Shown here: piece after piece, positions 35,890 through 45,373 of the stretch | Position numbering within the stretch: the first letter of the stretch is position 1 | Layout of the letters: each line of letters opens with the position of its first letter | Virus record (IMG/VR): IMGVR_UViG_3300046741_000008 | Coordinates: 1 to 56,043 of that record | Source of the DNA: a virus | Taxonomy: Duplodnaviria > Caudoviricetes | Direction: 5' to 3' (one strand) | Length of the DNA stretch: 56,043 nt | The notes under the pieces: model-generated | Told to the model about the DNA's origin: nothing | Databases searched by the model: none | The model's input: only the letters and a program-made list of their open reading frames with translations | Program-made: the position numbers and the translations under genes

Positions 35890-37782
35890 ATGGCAAGCAT
35901 CGGAGAAGGCGCGGCGCGAGGTCTTGAGGCCGGCTTCCGCATGGGCCAGGGTTTCATCGACCAGCGCGACCGCGAGGAACAACGCAGGTTGCAGAACGAG
36001 ATGGCGGCGGCCGATCGGCAGGAGCGCAGCGCAGACCGCGATTTCCAGCGCGAGCGTGCGCTGAACCAGGAAGCCCGACTCGGGCGCCAGGACTACCGAC
36101 AGACCCTGCTCGACGAACGCACGCAGAACATGGACGCCGAGCAAGCGCTCGACGCCGAGTTCAAAGACCTGCAGGCTGAGGGGAAAGGGCTGTACGAGCA
36201 GTACGGCGACCAGTCGAAGATCCCGAAGGACTTGGCCGACAGCTACACCCTGAGGGTGAAAGACACGCGCGGCCGACTCACCGAAGCTCGAGCAAAGCGC
36301 TACGCGCCGCTGGTCGAGAAGCAGCGCCAGGAAGCGTCCCAACTGTGGTCGCGCATCCAGACCGGCGAGATTCCGATCGAGCAAGTCCCCGACGATCAGC
36401 TCGTCACCAGCCTGACCGCTCTCACCCGGCGCGACATCCGCGACCTCATGCCCATGGCTGGCGGCGAGAACGGCGGAAAGTCGATGGTCCAGCAGGCTGG
36501 CATGGACTTCATGACCGGCGCCCAGTCCGGCAACGACGAGATGATGCTCGGCGCGGCCAACGTGCTGTTCAAGCCCGAGCTCATGATCGGCGTCGGTGGC
36601 CCCGGGCGCGACGGCAGCGAAATCCTGTCGAAGAAGATCGTGCAACTGATCCCGCACCCGAACGATCCGACGCACTTCACGCCGCTGCTGGAGGTCAAGG
36701 TCCGCCGGGAAGACGGCAAGGTGGGCACCTACCGCGCGCCGGTGACCGAGAACCGCAGCAGCGACCCGAACGACAACATCAAGACCATCTCGATGCAGGA
36801 CGGCCTGGACCGGGTTGGCCAGCTGACGGCTCTGTCCGAGGCGCTGAACCAGCGCGGCATCATCGAGAAGATCGCCAAGGGCATGAACGACGCCGGCGAC
36901 GGCCCGCAGAATTTCCTGGAGGCGTTCTACGCCACAGGGGGCCAGAAGCCGAAGGCCGAGAAGGTCGATATCGGCCACTTCGAAGACTTCGGCGGCTACA
37001 AGATGCACTACCTGCCTGACGGCCGCGAGGTGCGCATCAACAAGACGGCCACGCCGACCAGCGGTGGCGGCGAAGACCCACACGCCAAGAAGCTGCGCGG
37101 CATCGAGGCTGCCCTCAAGAGCGGCGACATCTCTCCAGATGAGGCCAAGGAAGCACGCCGCGGGCTGGTGCTGGCCGGCGGCAAGGGTTCCATGGACACG
37201 CCGAAGGCCCAATTCGACGCCGAGAACAAGCTGCGTGACGAGCATCAGGCGCAGAGCAAGACGTTCGTCAAGGTGCGAGATGCATTCGGCAAGACCCAGG
37301 CAGCGGCTCAGGATCCAACGTCAATGGGTGACATCGCCCTGATCTTCGGCTACATGAAGATGCTGGACCCCGACAGCGTGGTTCGCGAAGGCGAGTTCGC
37401 CACAGCCCAGAACGCCGGCAGCATCCCCGACCGTATCCGCAACGCCTACAACAAGGCAATGGAGGGGACTCGCCTCAACGAGGGTCAGCGCAAGGACATG
37501 ATTTCCCAGGCGCGCAAGGTCTACAACGAGCAGAAGAAGGGGCAGGACAAGCTCGACGGCAAGTATCGCGAGTTATCCAAGAGCTATGGCCTAAACGCAT
37601 CGAACGTCGTCACGGCTTACGACACGGATGGTGAAGGGGTACCAGGGCAGCCAGCGGCAGCCGGCGGCGTTGGCGCACAGAAGCCAGCGGCTCCGCGGCA
37701 GATCACCGATGGCGCGATCATCGTCAACCGCCAAACCGGTCAGCGCATGCAAATGAGGGGTGGCCAATGGCAGCCAATCTGA
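35890..37782 (+). CDS. Ejection (DNA transfer) protein
   Basis: 630 aa, helical; GDIALIFGYMKMLDP.SVVREGEF motif; GGQWQPI terminus. Confidence 0.7.
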   Translation: MASIGEGAARGLEAGFRMGQGFIDQRDREEQRRLQNEMAAADRQERSADRDFQRERALNQEARLGRQDYRQTLLDERTQNMDAEQALDAEFKDLQAEGKGLYEQYGDQSKIPKDLADSYTLRVKDTRGRLTEARAKRYAPLVEKQRQEASQLWSRIQTGEIPIEQVPDDQLVTSLTALTRRDIRDLMPMAGGENGGKSMVQQAGMDFMTGAQSGNDEMMLGAANVLFKPELMIGVGGPGRDGSEILSKKIVQLIPHPNDPTHFTPLLEVKVRREDGKVGTYRAPVTENRSSDPNDNIKTISMQDGLDRVGQLTALSEALNQRGIIEKIAKGMNDAGDGPQNFLEAFYATGGQKPKAEKVDIGHFEDFGGYKMHYLPDGREVRINKTATPTSGGGEDPHAKKLRGIEAALKSGDISPDEAKEARRGLVLAGGKGSMDTPKAQFDAENKLRDEHQAQSKTFVKVRDAFGKTQAAAQDPTSMGDIALIFGYMKMLDPDSVVREGEFATAQNAGSIPDRIRNAYNKAMEGTRLNEGQRKDMISQARKVYNEQKKGQDKLDGKYRELSKSYGLNASNVVTAYDTDGEGVPGQPAAAGGVGAQKPAAPRQITDGAIIVNRQTGQRMQMRGGQWQPI

Positions 37783-40700
37783 GTGCCCCGGCACTTCCGC
37801 CGGGGTTCGAGCTGGAGCCGCAGGGCGTAAGCGCCGGCACGATGCCTGGTGAGGGTGCCGGGCCTGGCCGGGAGGTCGCTGGAAGCCGCGTAGACCCGCG
37901 CCAGGCCATGCGCCAAGCGCCGGCGGTGCCGCAGAACACGCCGCGCATGCCGGCGCAGCAGCAGCCCCAGGCGCCCGCCGCCGCCGCACCTGGTGGCACA
38001 CCAACCCTGCCGCCCGGCTTCGAACTTGAGCAAGCGCCGGCCGCGCCGCCGCCGCGCCAGGTCGGCGTGCTGGAGACTATGGGCCGCACTGCCGCCTCGG
38101 CCGCCATCCCCATCGTGCGATCGATCGACATGGCGGCCGCTGGCCTGGCCGGCATGCTGGCCCCGCTGCTGGGCATGAACGCCGAGCAGGAGCAGGCCAA
38201 GGTCTTCCGCGACTCCGAAGCCCGCAGCGCCCGCATGCGCCAGCAGTACGAGCCACAGGCCGGCGAGCAGATGAGCGGCCCCGGCCAACTGCTGGGCGGC
38301 GTGGCCTCGATGCCGCTGGAGATGGTGGGCGGCATGGGCGCGCAGCGCGGCATCGAGCGTTCAGCCGATGTCCTGCAACGCGGCGGCACCGGAGGAGAGG
38401 CGGCGCTTGCCGGCGCTGTCACTGGCGGCGCGAACGTGGTTGCGAACCTGCTGCCGGTCAAAGCTGGTGGTGTGGTTGGCCGGGCCGTCGAGAGCACCCT
38501 CGCCCGCGGTATCGGCCAGCGCGCGGCGCAGGTTGGCGCTGGCGCGTTGACGGGCGGCGCGATCGGTGCGGCGTCCGATGCTGCTGTGACCGGCGCCTCA
38601 AATGCGGCTCTTCCCGAGGGCGAGGAGTTCGCCGGCCTGCGTCAGGAGTCCGACCCGCTGACCTCGTTTGGCCTCGGTGCGGCGTTCGGTGGCGCTGCGG
38701 GCCGCGCACAGAACCGCGGCGGCCGGAAGGCGGCGCAGGCGGCCGGTGAGCCGATGTCGGCGGCCGAAGCTGCGATCGCGCCGGCCGAGAAGGCGCCGAG
38801 CATCGACCCGGAAACGGTGCGCCTGGCGCAGAAGGCCAGGGCCTACGGCATCCCGCTGCGGCCGGACATGCTCAGCGACAGCAAGATCGCCAAGTACGTC
38901 GGGGACGTGCTGGAGAAGGTACCGCTCGGTGGCTCAAAAGCGCCAGAACGGCAGAAGGCGTTCAACCGGGCGGTGATGGACCAGCTCGGCGCTGACGCCA
39001 AGGCAGAAGCGCTGACGCCCGAGGTCTTCGACGAGGCCATCAGCCGCGCCGGGAAGGAAATCGGCGCCCTCTACGAGAAAACGCCCATCCCGGCCGAATC
39101 GTTCGGCGACCTGAACACCGTAGCGCGCCGCGAGCTGGGCGAAGTGCAGCAGGTGGTGAAGGGGTACGCCGACGACCTGGCCGGCATGGCCGGCGCGGAC
39201 GGCATGGTGCCCGGCGACAAGCTGCGCAAGCTGCGCACCGAGGCCGCGACGCAGGCCAAGAGCACGGCAAACGGGGATCTCCGGAACACGCTCGGCAAGT
39301 TGGTCGATCGCCTGGACGACGCGCTGGAGAAGCACGCCGAAGCCGGCGACATGGAATCCCTGCGCGACGCGCGCCGCCGCTACGCCGTCGCCAAGACGCT
39401 GGAACCGCTGGTCGCGAAGTCGGCAACCGGCGACATCAGCCCGGCTGCGCTCATGAGGATGGTCACGAACAACCGCGCTGGTAAGTCACGCATGGCGCGC
39501 GGGCGCGGCGGTGAGCTTGGAGACCTGGCGCGCATCGGTCAGAAGTTCCTGAAGGAACCGCCCTCGTCAGGCACAGCTGAACGGCTGGCGGCCGGCGGCG
39601 CGGTCGCTGGCGTGGGCACTGGTGCCCTGCTGGCCCCGGGCGCTGCCGCCACCGCCGCCGGCGCGATCGGCGCAGCCAACCTCTACAACCGGCTTGGGCC
39701 CGGCATGGTCGATCGCAAGCTGGCAAAGCTGGCGCCACAGGAGCTCGTCGAGCCTGGTGCGCTGCCAGAAGCGGCTGCAGAACCTGCCGCACCGGTCGAG
39801 GCCGTGGCGCCCAAGGATGCTCGCCTGACCGAGATCGACCGCCTGCGCGCCGGCGCATCGCCGGAGACGCTGAAGGTGCTGGACGAGCACGCGAAGGTGG
39901 TTCAGCAGGACATCAAGGCGCAGGAGGTCAAGGCCCAGCGTGACGCCGAAGCCCTGAAGCTGGAGGCGACGGCGGCCAAGACGACGGACCCCGGCATCAA
40001 GGCGGCGCTGATCGAGCGCGCCAACAAGCTGCGCAGCGAGAAGATCCCTGTGGCCGAAGCTCAAGAGCTGACCTCGATCCCGATCGAGACGACGAAGCAA
40101 GGGCGCATCCCTGCCGGCAAGGCAACCGAGCTGGCCGAGGTTCCAGGCCCATCCGTCCGCGAGCCAAGCAAGCCGCTACCGGTTGGCGCCGCCCGCGAGG
40201 TCACGGTGATCGACCAGCAGCCGGCCGCGCCGATCGAGCCGACACAGATCCCCACCGGCGAAGCCACCGAGCTGACGCCTGAGCAGGTTGAGCCCGCGCC
40301 GCGGCCCACCGAAGCGCCACGCAGCGCCGCCGGCAGCGACACCGAGGCCGAACTGACCATGCTGCAGGAAGGCGCGCCGGCCAAGGGAGCGAAGAAGCAA
40401 GGCAGCATGTTCAAGCTGGTGGGAACCACGCCCGGCCCAAAGAAGAGCATCAGCGACCTTCCGCGAGACATGCGGGAAGAGCTATTCAACTTGCATGCCT
40501 CGTATGTCAACCCAAATGCAACGGAATCACGCTTCTATGCGAAGCGCGTGCCATCAGGCGTCATAAAGCTGGACGGAATCAAGGTGGAACAGATCCCTGA
40601 CGCCCAGTTGAGCCGGTATCAGAAAGTGGAGGCAATGCCGCCAATCGTGATTGCCGATGGGCGTCTGATCGATGGGCAGCACCGCATTGCAGCGGCGCGC

Positions 40701-41456
40701 CGCGACGGCGTCAAAGAGTTGCCATACATCGACCTGACCGGGCTCCTCGACACCAAGGAAGGCGGCTATATCAGCGATCTTCCAAACGCCGATGACCTCA
40801 AAAGAGCAGGCGCGAAAAATGGCATGCCGGCCAAGCCGTTCAAGCAGCGCGCCGAGCTGGAGAACGCACTGCGCGCCAAGCTCGGGCACAAGCTGGTCGA
40901 CGGCCTGCAGAAGCGCAACGTCATCACCATGGGCGACGCGCCGGCGGACGTGCCACGCGACGCGCAGGGGCGGTTCACCGGCAGCACGGTCGAGCTGTTC
41001 CACGACCGCCTGGACGCCGCTACCGCGCCCGGCGTGCTGATGCACGAGGTGGGAATGCACTACGGCATGGAGAAGATGCTCGGGGAGCAGCGCTACGCCG
41101 AACTGCTGAAGGACATCGCCAAGATGCGCCAGCGGCCCGAGGTGGCCAAGGCCTGGCAGGCGGTGAAGGACAACTACGACCTCAAGGAAGGCTCGCCCGA
41201 GTTCGTCAGCGAGGTGGCTGCCCACCTGGTCGAGACGGCGCCAGACCGGCCGATCGTGCGTCGCATGCTGGACGGGCCCCGGGCCTACCTCTACAGCAAC
41301 TTCGGCGTCAACGTCGGTCGCATGGATCCGGGTTTGGTGCAGGCGCTTGCGGTCGGAGCGCTGCGAAAATCAGCCGGCGTCGAAGCTGTCTCCCCGAACC
41401 CGACCGCGCTGGCCACCGCCGGCGCTCGGGAGCAGGAGAAGGCCGAAGCGCAGTGA
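37767..41456 (+). CDS. Large polyvalent ejection protein with ParB-like and zincin-like domains
   Basis: LPPGFELE repeats, glycine zippers, PPIVI...LIDGQHRIAAA, MHEVGMH...SEVAAH. Confidence 0.7.
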   Translation: MAANLSAPALPPGFELEPQGVSAGTMPGEGAGPGREVAGSRVDPRQAMRQAPAVPQNTPRMPAQQQPQAPAAAAPGGTPTLPPGFELEQAPAAPPPRQVGVLETMGRTAASAAIPIVRSIDMAAAGLAGMLAPLLGMNAEQEQAKVFRDSEARSARMRQQYEPQAGEQMSGPGQLLGGVASMPLEMVGGMGAQRGIERSADVLQRGGTGGEAALAGAVTGGANVVANLLPVKAGGVVGRAVESTLARGIGQRAAQVGAGALTGGAIGAASDAAVTGASNAALPEGEEFAGLRQESDPLTSFGLGAAFGGAAGRAQNRGGRKAAQAAGEPMSAAEAAIAPAEKAPSIDPETVRLAQKARAYGIPLRPDMLSDSKIAKYVGDVLEKVPLGGSKAPERQKAFNRAVMDQLGADAKAEALTPEVFDEAISRAGKEIGALYEKTPIPAESFGDLNTVARRELGEVQQVVKGYADDLAGMAGADGMVPGDKLRKLRTEAATQAKSTANGDLRNTLGKLVDRLDDALEKHAEAGDMESLRDARRRYAVAKTLEPLVAKSATGDISPAALMRMVTNNRAGKSRMARGRGGELGDLARIGQKFLKEPPSSGTAERLAAGGAVAGVGTGALLAPGAAATAAGAIGAANLYNRLGPGMVDRKLAKLAPQELVEPGALPEAAAEPAAPVEAVAPKDARLTEIDRLRAGASPETLKVLDEHAKVVQQDIKAQEVKAQRDAEALKLEATAAKTTDPGIKAALIERANKLRSEKIPVAEAQELTSIPIETTKQGRIPAGKATELAEVPGPSVREPSKPLPVGAAREVTVIDQQPAAPIEPTQIPTGEATELTPEQVEPAPRPTEAPRSAAGSDTEAELTMLQEGAPAKGAKKQGSMFKLVGTTPGPKKSISDLPRDMREELFNLHASYVNPNATESRFYAKRVPSGVIKLDGIKVEQIPDAQLSRYQKVEAMPPIVIADGRLIDGQHRIAAARRDGVKELPYIDLTGLLDTKEGGYISDLPNADDLKRAGAKNGMPAKPFKQRAELENALRAKLGHKLVDGLQKRNVITMGDAPADVPRDAQGRFTGSTVELFHDRLDAATAPGVLMHEVGMHYGMEKMLGEQRYAELLKDIAKMRQRPEVAKAWQAVKDNYDLKEGSPEFVSEVAAHLVETAPDRPIVRRMLDGPRAYLYSNFGVNVGRMDPGLVQALAVGALRKSAGVEAVSPNPTALATAGAREQEKAEAQ

Positions 41457-41659
41457 TCAACCAACCGGAGAAGCAGTTGAAGAGTTACAACATCCCTGAT
41501 GGCCTTCTGGCCGCTGTCGTGAACCTGCTGGAGCGCCTACCCGCGCAAAAGGACGTGCGGGCTGTGCTGAACGGCCTGGAAGCCGTCGTGACGCAGCAAA
41601 ATGAGCAGGACGCCCGACCGCTCGGTGGCGGGGGCCCAGGCGACGATAAGAAGGCATGA
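41453..41659 (+). CDS. Small hypothetical protein
   Basis: GTGA/ATGA-coupled. Confidence 0.6.
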   Translation: MINQPEKQLKSYNIPDGLLAAVVNLLERLPAQKDVRAVLNGLEAVVTQQNEQDARPLGGGGPGDDKKA

Positions 41660-42135
41660 AATCACTCGCCGCGCTGCTGCTGGCCCTGATCGCGGTCGTG
41701 CACTATGGCTGCGACCTGCTGGCAGGCCACTACCCTGACCCGGATGTGGCCCGGCGCGGCCTTTACTACACAGCCCGCTCCATAGAGGGCGCGGCCCAAT
41801 ACGCTGTCATCACGCTACTGGCAATTGCCCTGTGGCGTGCGAAGTTTCCGGGGATGAAGGCCAAAGAGCCAGGCTGCCTGAAGGGTGCGGCCGTCCTCAT
41901 GGCGTCGGCCACTGGGCTGACCGTTGTGGTGTGCTGTTGGGGCGCCGTCGAGCATCTGCAGGCAGCAGCCTGTCGAATCAGCATCGGGATCTCCAATAGG
42001 GTGCCACCGGTCCAGCAGTTGGCCGGCATCTGTGACGACCTGGCCGGCGTGCCGCTGTACGCGCTTGGGCTCGGGGTCGTGGCCTTCATCGCCGCTGTCA
42101 TCGCGGCGCACCCTTGGGGAGAAAAACATGCCTGA
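41656..42135 (+). CDS. Multi-pass membrane protein
   Basis: About four hydrophobic segments. Confidence 0.6.
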   Translation: MKSLAALLLALIAVVHYGCDLLAGHYPDPDVARRGLYYTARSIEGAAQYAVITLLAIALWRAKFPGMKAKEPGCLKGAAVLMASATGLTVVVCCWGAVEHLQAAACRISIGISNRVPPVQQLAGICDDLAGVPLYALGLGVVAFIAAVIAAHPWGEKHA

Positions 42136-42547
42136 AGCCGTGTCGTTTGGGACGGTAGCAACCGTCGTTGTCGCCGCCGGAGCTGGGACCGCTGTCGTTG
42201 CTGTGCCGGCGCTGGCAGCGCTGGGCATCGACGGCTACCGGGTCGGCGCCGGCCTGCTGGGCTGCATCGTGGTGCAGCTGTTCGTGCCCCCGGAGGAGCC
42301 CACGCCGTGGCGCATCACGGCGACTGCACTTGGTAGCGTCTTGGTGGCCTCTTTCGGGGCACCATACATCAGCCCCTTGTTCGCGATCAAAGACGTGGTG
42401 CCGGCAGAGCATGCGACTGCCGTGGCATCCGCTTTGCTCGGAGGCTCAGCCAAGCCGATCGTGCTGCTGGGCAAGGCCAGGTTTGAAAAGTGGTTCGCAG
42501 CGTGGCTGCCTGGGGCCGGAAGCAAGAAAGGGCCTGAAGATGCTTGA
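42128..42547 (+). CDS. Holin-like membrane protein
   Basis: Three to four TM segments with a basic C-terminal tail. Confidence 0.55.
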   Translation: MPEAVSFGTVATVVVAAGAGTAVVAVPALAALGIDGYRVGAGLLGCIVVQLFVPPEEPTPWRITATALGSVLVASFGAPYISPLFAIKDVVPAEHATAVASALLGGSAKPIVLLGKARFEKWFAAWLPGAGSKKGPEDA

Positions 42548-42872
42548 TCTTCTGAACTGCATTGCGTGCCTGGTGCTGATGGGCTTCAGCCTGCCGGTGG
42601 CCATGGTGATGGGCAACCGCGGTATGTGGGCGGCCAGGCTGTCCATGATGGCGGTCGTGCTCGGGCTGTTCCTGCAGCTGACCAATCCATGGGTGTCGTG
42701 GGTGCCAGCCGTGTCCTGGACCGGGGTGTACCTGAACACCGCGGCTGCCGTCATGGCCATCATCTGGCGTCGCCGGGGCTGGCTTTTTGTGCGAAGCTAC
42801 CTGACACCAGTCGAAGAGGAAGACTTCCACCTGAAGCGCCGCCGCGGCGACTGGCCTGAACCTCACCTCTGA
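42540..42872 (+). CDS. Three-TM membrane protein
   Basis: Hydrophobic segments; charged tail KRRRGD. Confidence 0.6.
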   Translation: MLDLLNCIACLVLMGFSLPVAMVMGNRGMWAARLSMMAVVLGLFLQLTNPWVSWVPAVSWTGVYLNTAAAVMAIIWRRRGWLFVRSYLTPVEEEDFHLKRRRGDWPEPHL

Positions 42873-42882
42873 AAGGCCTGCC

Positions 42883-43137
42883 ATGAAACCCTGGAAATCG
42901 CTGCTGCTGGTCGTTGTCGCCCTATCGGGTATCGCCTGGGCCGCGCCATCGGATACCAGCTCGATCGCCGCCGCGGAGGCCGCTGAAGACCGCGGCAAGG
43001 CTCACAAGCCGCCCGTGTTCACACCCGACCGCCGCAATCCCGAGCTCGAGTCCCTGCGCGCCGAGGTGAACAAGCTGCGCGCCGAGGCCGAGATGTGCAA
43101 GGCGCAGGTGGCAAAGGTTCCCGTACCGCCCAAATAG
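42883..43137 (+). CDS. Exported or membrane-anchored coiled-coil protein
   Basis: Signal-peptide-like N-terminus ending AWA; C-terminal coiled coil. Confidence 0.55.
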   Translation: MKPWKSLLLVVVALSGIAWAAPSDTSSIAAAEAAEDRGKAHKPPVFTPDRRNPELESLRAEVNKLRAEAEMCKAQVAKVPVPPK

Positions 43138-43146
43138 GGTGGCGTC

Positions 43147-43668
43147 ATGGACGACCTGTTGCTGGAGCTGCTGCCGGCCATCAAGCGCAAGGCCCGCGCG
43201 TTCCACGGCGAAATCTACGCGCTGATTCCAGGCGGCGACTTGACGCAGGCGGCGGCCTTGGCGGCCCTCGAAGGCATCCGAAAAGCCGGCGACCGCGACC
43301 GCGAGACCGTAGCCGGCTACTGCATGGTCAAGGCCGGCTGGTCGATGATTGATTCCCTCAGGCGAGAGCTTGTGCAGGTCGATGGCCGGGTCAACGCCAG
43401 GAGCGTCGACGTCGGCCCAACGTCATGGTGTGGCCGCTACCACGACACGGCCGAATCTGCCGAGGCGCACCACGCCAGGTGGCAACTTGTGGCCAAGGCC
43501 TGCCAAGTGGCTGACAAGCTGCCGCAAGACCAGCGCGAGGTGCTACGCCGGCTCTACGTCGACGATCAGGGCCAGGCCGAAGCCGGCGAGGCCATGGGCG
43601 TGACCCAGTCGCGCATCAGCCAGATCCACAGCAAGGCCATTCGGGCGCTTCGCAGCGCACTGGCCTAA
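43147..43668 (+). CDS. Sigma70-family (FliA/WhiG-like) sigma factor
   Basis: Region 4 LPQDQREVLRRLY...AEAGEAMGVTQSRISQIHSKAIRALR; degenerate region 2 DLTQAA...SMIDSLRR. Confidence 0.75.
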   Translation: MDDLLLELLPAIKRKARAFHGEIYALIPGGDLTQAAALAALEGIRKAGDRDRETVAGYCMVKAGWSMIDSLRRELVQVDGRVNARSVDVGPTSWCGRYHDTAESAEAHHARWQLVAKACQVADKLPQDQREVLRRLYVDDQGQAEAGEAMGVTQSRISQIHSKAIRALRSALA

Positions 43669-43682
43669 CCAAGGGAGCCGTC

Positions 43683-44150
43683 ATGAACTTCGACGAGGCA
43701 TTCGAGCGCGTCATCGGCCACGAGGGTGGCTACGTGAACGATCCGCGCGATCCAGGCGGCCAAACCCACTACGGCATCAGCAAGCGCTCATATCCTGCTG
43801 AGGACATTCCCGGCATGACGCTGGAGCGGGCCAAGACCCTATACAGGCGTGACTTCTGGGGGCCGGCGGGCTGCGATGCAGTGCCTGAAGGCATCCGCTA
43901 CGCCCTGTTCGACACAGCGGTCAATTCGGGCGTCAAACCGGCGATCAAGATGTTGCAGCGGGCCGTCAGCGAGGTTGATGACGGTCTGATTGGCCCGCGC
44001 ACGCTCACGGCGGCTGGTTCGATGCCTTCGCCACGGCTGGTGGCTCGCATGTGCGCCCAGCGGCTGAAGCTATTGACGGACCTGCCGAACTTCGACACCT
44101 ACGGCCGCGGCTGGACTCGCCGCGTGCTCAGCATCTTGCAGGAGGCTTGA
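43683..44150 (+). CDS. Endolysin, glycoside hydrolase family 108 with a PG-binding domain
   Basis: HEGGYVNDPRDPGGQTHYGIS; FDTAVNSG; DGLIGPRT; GWTRRV. Confidence 0.95.
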   Translation: MNFDEAFERVIGHEGGYVNDPRDPGGQTHYGISKRSYPAEDIPGMTLERAKTLYRRDFWGPAGCDAVPEGIRYALFDTAVNSGVKPAIKMLQRAVSEVDDGLIGPRTLTAAGSMPSPRLVARMCAQRLKLLTDLPNFDTYGRGWTRRVLSILQEA

Positions 44151-44152
44151 CC

Positions 44153-44566
44153 ATGTGGCCCGCACTACTACCGATGATCAGCGGCTTGCTAGACAAGCTA
44201 ATCCCTGACCCTCAGGCCGCGGCTGCCGCGAAACTGGAGGCGCTGAAGCTGGCGCAGTCGGGCGAGTTGGCTGAGCTGGATGCGCAGGTGAAACTGGCGC
44301 TGGCCCAGGTGGACGTGAACAAGGCAGACGCCAGCGGCGCGAGCCCGATGCAGCGCAACTGGCGCCCAGCGATCGGCTGGGTATGTGCCGCCGCGCTGGC
44401 TTGGGACACGATCGGCCGACCGGTTGTGACGTATGGGTTAGCCATCTCTGGGCACCAGGTGCCAGCGCTTCCCAGCTTGGCCTCGGAGCAGCTTTACTCG
44501 TTGCTGTTTGGGTTGCTCGGTCTCGGAGCACTCCGCACCGTTGAGAAGGTCAAGGGTGCTGCATAG
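44153..44566 (+). CDS. Holin (3TM / GTA-holin-like family)
   Basis: LLDKLIPDP...WRPAIGWVC...LLGLGALRTVEK. Confidence 0.85.
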   Translation: MWPALLPMISGLLDKLIPDPQAAAAAKLEALKLAQSGELAELDAQVKLALAQVDVNKADASGASPMQRNWRPAIGWVCAAALAWDTIGRPVVTYGLAISGHQVPALPSLASEQLYSLLFGLLGLGALRTVEKVKGAA

Positions 44567-44580
44567 AGCGACTGCAGCGC

Positions 44581-44657
44581 CATAATCCACGCGCCGGGCA
44601 GCTGGCGTACGCATCAAAGCTGGGTACGTGAAGGCGCTGTGTGCTGGTTGCCCGGCG
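44581..44657 (+). promoter_or_regulatory. Promoter -10 plus long leader hairpin
   Basis: CATAAT at 44581; 19-bp stem 44592-44610 / 44639-44657 with five G-U pairs. Confidence 0.5.
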
Positions 44658-44673
44658 ATCACCAGGAGGCACC

Positions 44674-44856
44674 ATGGCACGAAAGTACGGCCCGCTTGCG
44701 GGTAAGAAGGTCGAGAAGGCTCTCAAGGAGGCCAAGGCTGGAACGCTTCACAGCGGCAGCAAGAAGGGGCCCGTCGTCACCGACAAGCGCCAGGCCATCG
44801 CCATCGGCCTGTCGGAGGCCAAGAAGGCCGGCGGCAAGGTACCGAAGAAGCGCTAG
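44674..44856 (+). CDS. DUF6496-like small basic protein
   Basis: KVEKALKEAKAGTLHSGSKKGPVVTDKRQAIAIGLSEA; AGGAGG RBS. Confidence 0.8.
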   Translation: MARKYGPLAGKKVEKALKEAKAGTLHSGSKKGPVVTDKRQAIAIGLSEAKKAGGKVPKKR

Positions 44857-44884
44857 CCCCGCGCGCTGACAGCTCACGCGGGGC
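44856..44884. terminator. Hairpin at the convergence of the two arms
   Basis: GCCCCGCG...CGCGGGGC stem; no clear U-tract. Confidence 0.35.
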
Positions 44885-44890
44885 GGTTGG

Positions 44891-45046
44891 TCAAGGCTGC
44901 TTCGAGATCGGAATGACCTTGCTGCAGCGCTTCGGCGAGCGCGAGAACAGGTTTGTCACGCGGCACATGGTGGCGCGAATCCAACTACCTCGGCAGCTCT
45001 CGCAGTAGCGGTAGGTTCCTCCGCACATGGAGCAAAGAGTCGGCAT
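44891..45046 (-). CDS. Small Cys-rich protein
   Basis: CSMC...CESC; AAAGGA upstream. Confidence 0.45.
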   Translation of the reverse strand: MPTLCSMCGGTYRYCESCRGSWIRATMCRVTNLFSRSPKRCSKVIPISKQP

Positions 45047-45050
45047 GTCT

Positions 45051-45371
45051 TCATCCTTTCGTTGATGGCCCTGGTGATTCGCCGGAGGTCGGGCCGGAGT
45101 GGCCTCCGGTGGAAATCTGCTCATCGAGCGCTGCATCGACGGTTTCGCGGGCGAACTTGACGCCCTTGAACGCCATGCCAACCGACAAGTAGAAGGCGCA
45201 AATGCCGGGTTCACTCACGTCGCGCAGCCACCGGTACCGCTCAGCATCCACGCGATCCCTCTCCGCGCCCTCTATGAACTGGCGCAGCGTGACAAACGGC
45301 GCAGCGGTTTTCGGAAGTATCCAGTACAGGTCTTCCAGCGCCTGTAGCGCGGCTTGCGCTGATGGGTTCAT
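45051..45371 (-). CDS. Phage early protein
   Basis: DAERYRWLRD...VDAALD motif. Confidence 0.7.
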   Translation of the reverse strand: MNPSAQAALQALEDLYWILPKTAAPFVTLRQFIEGAERDRVDAERYRWLRDVSEPGICAFYLSVGMAFKGVKFARETVDAALDEQISTGGHSGPTSGESPGPSTKG

Positions 45372-45373
45372 AC

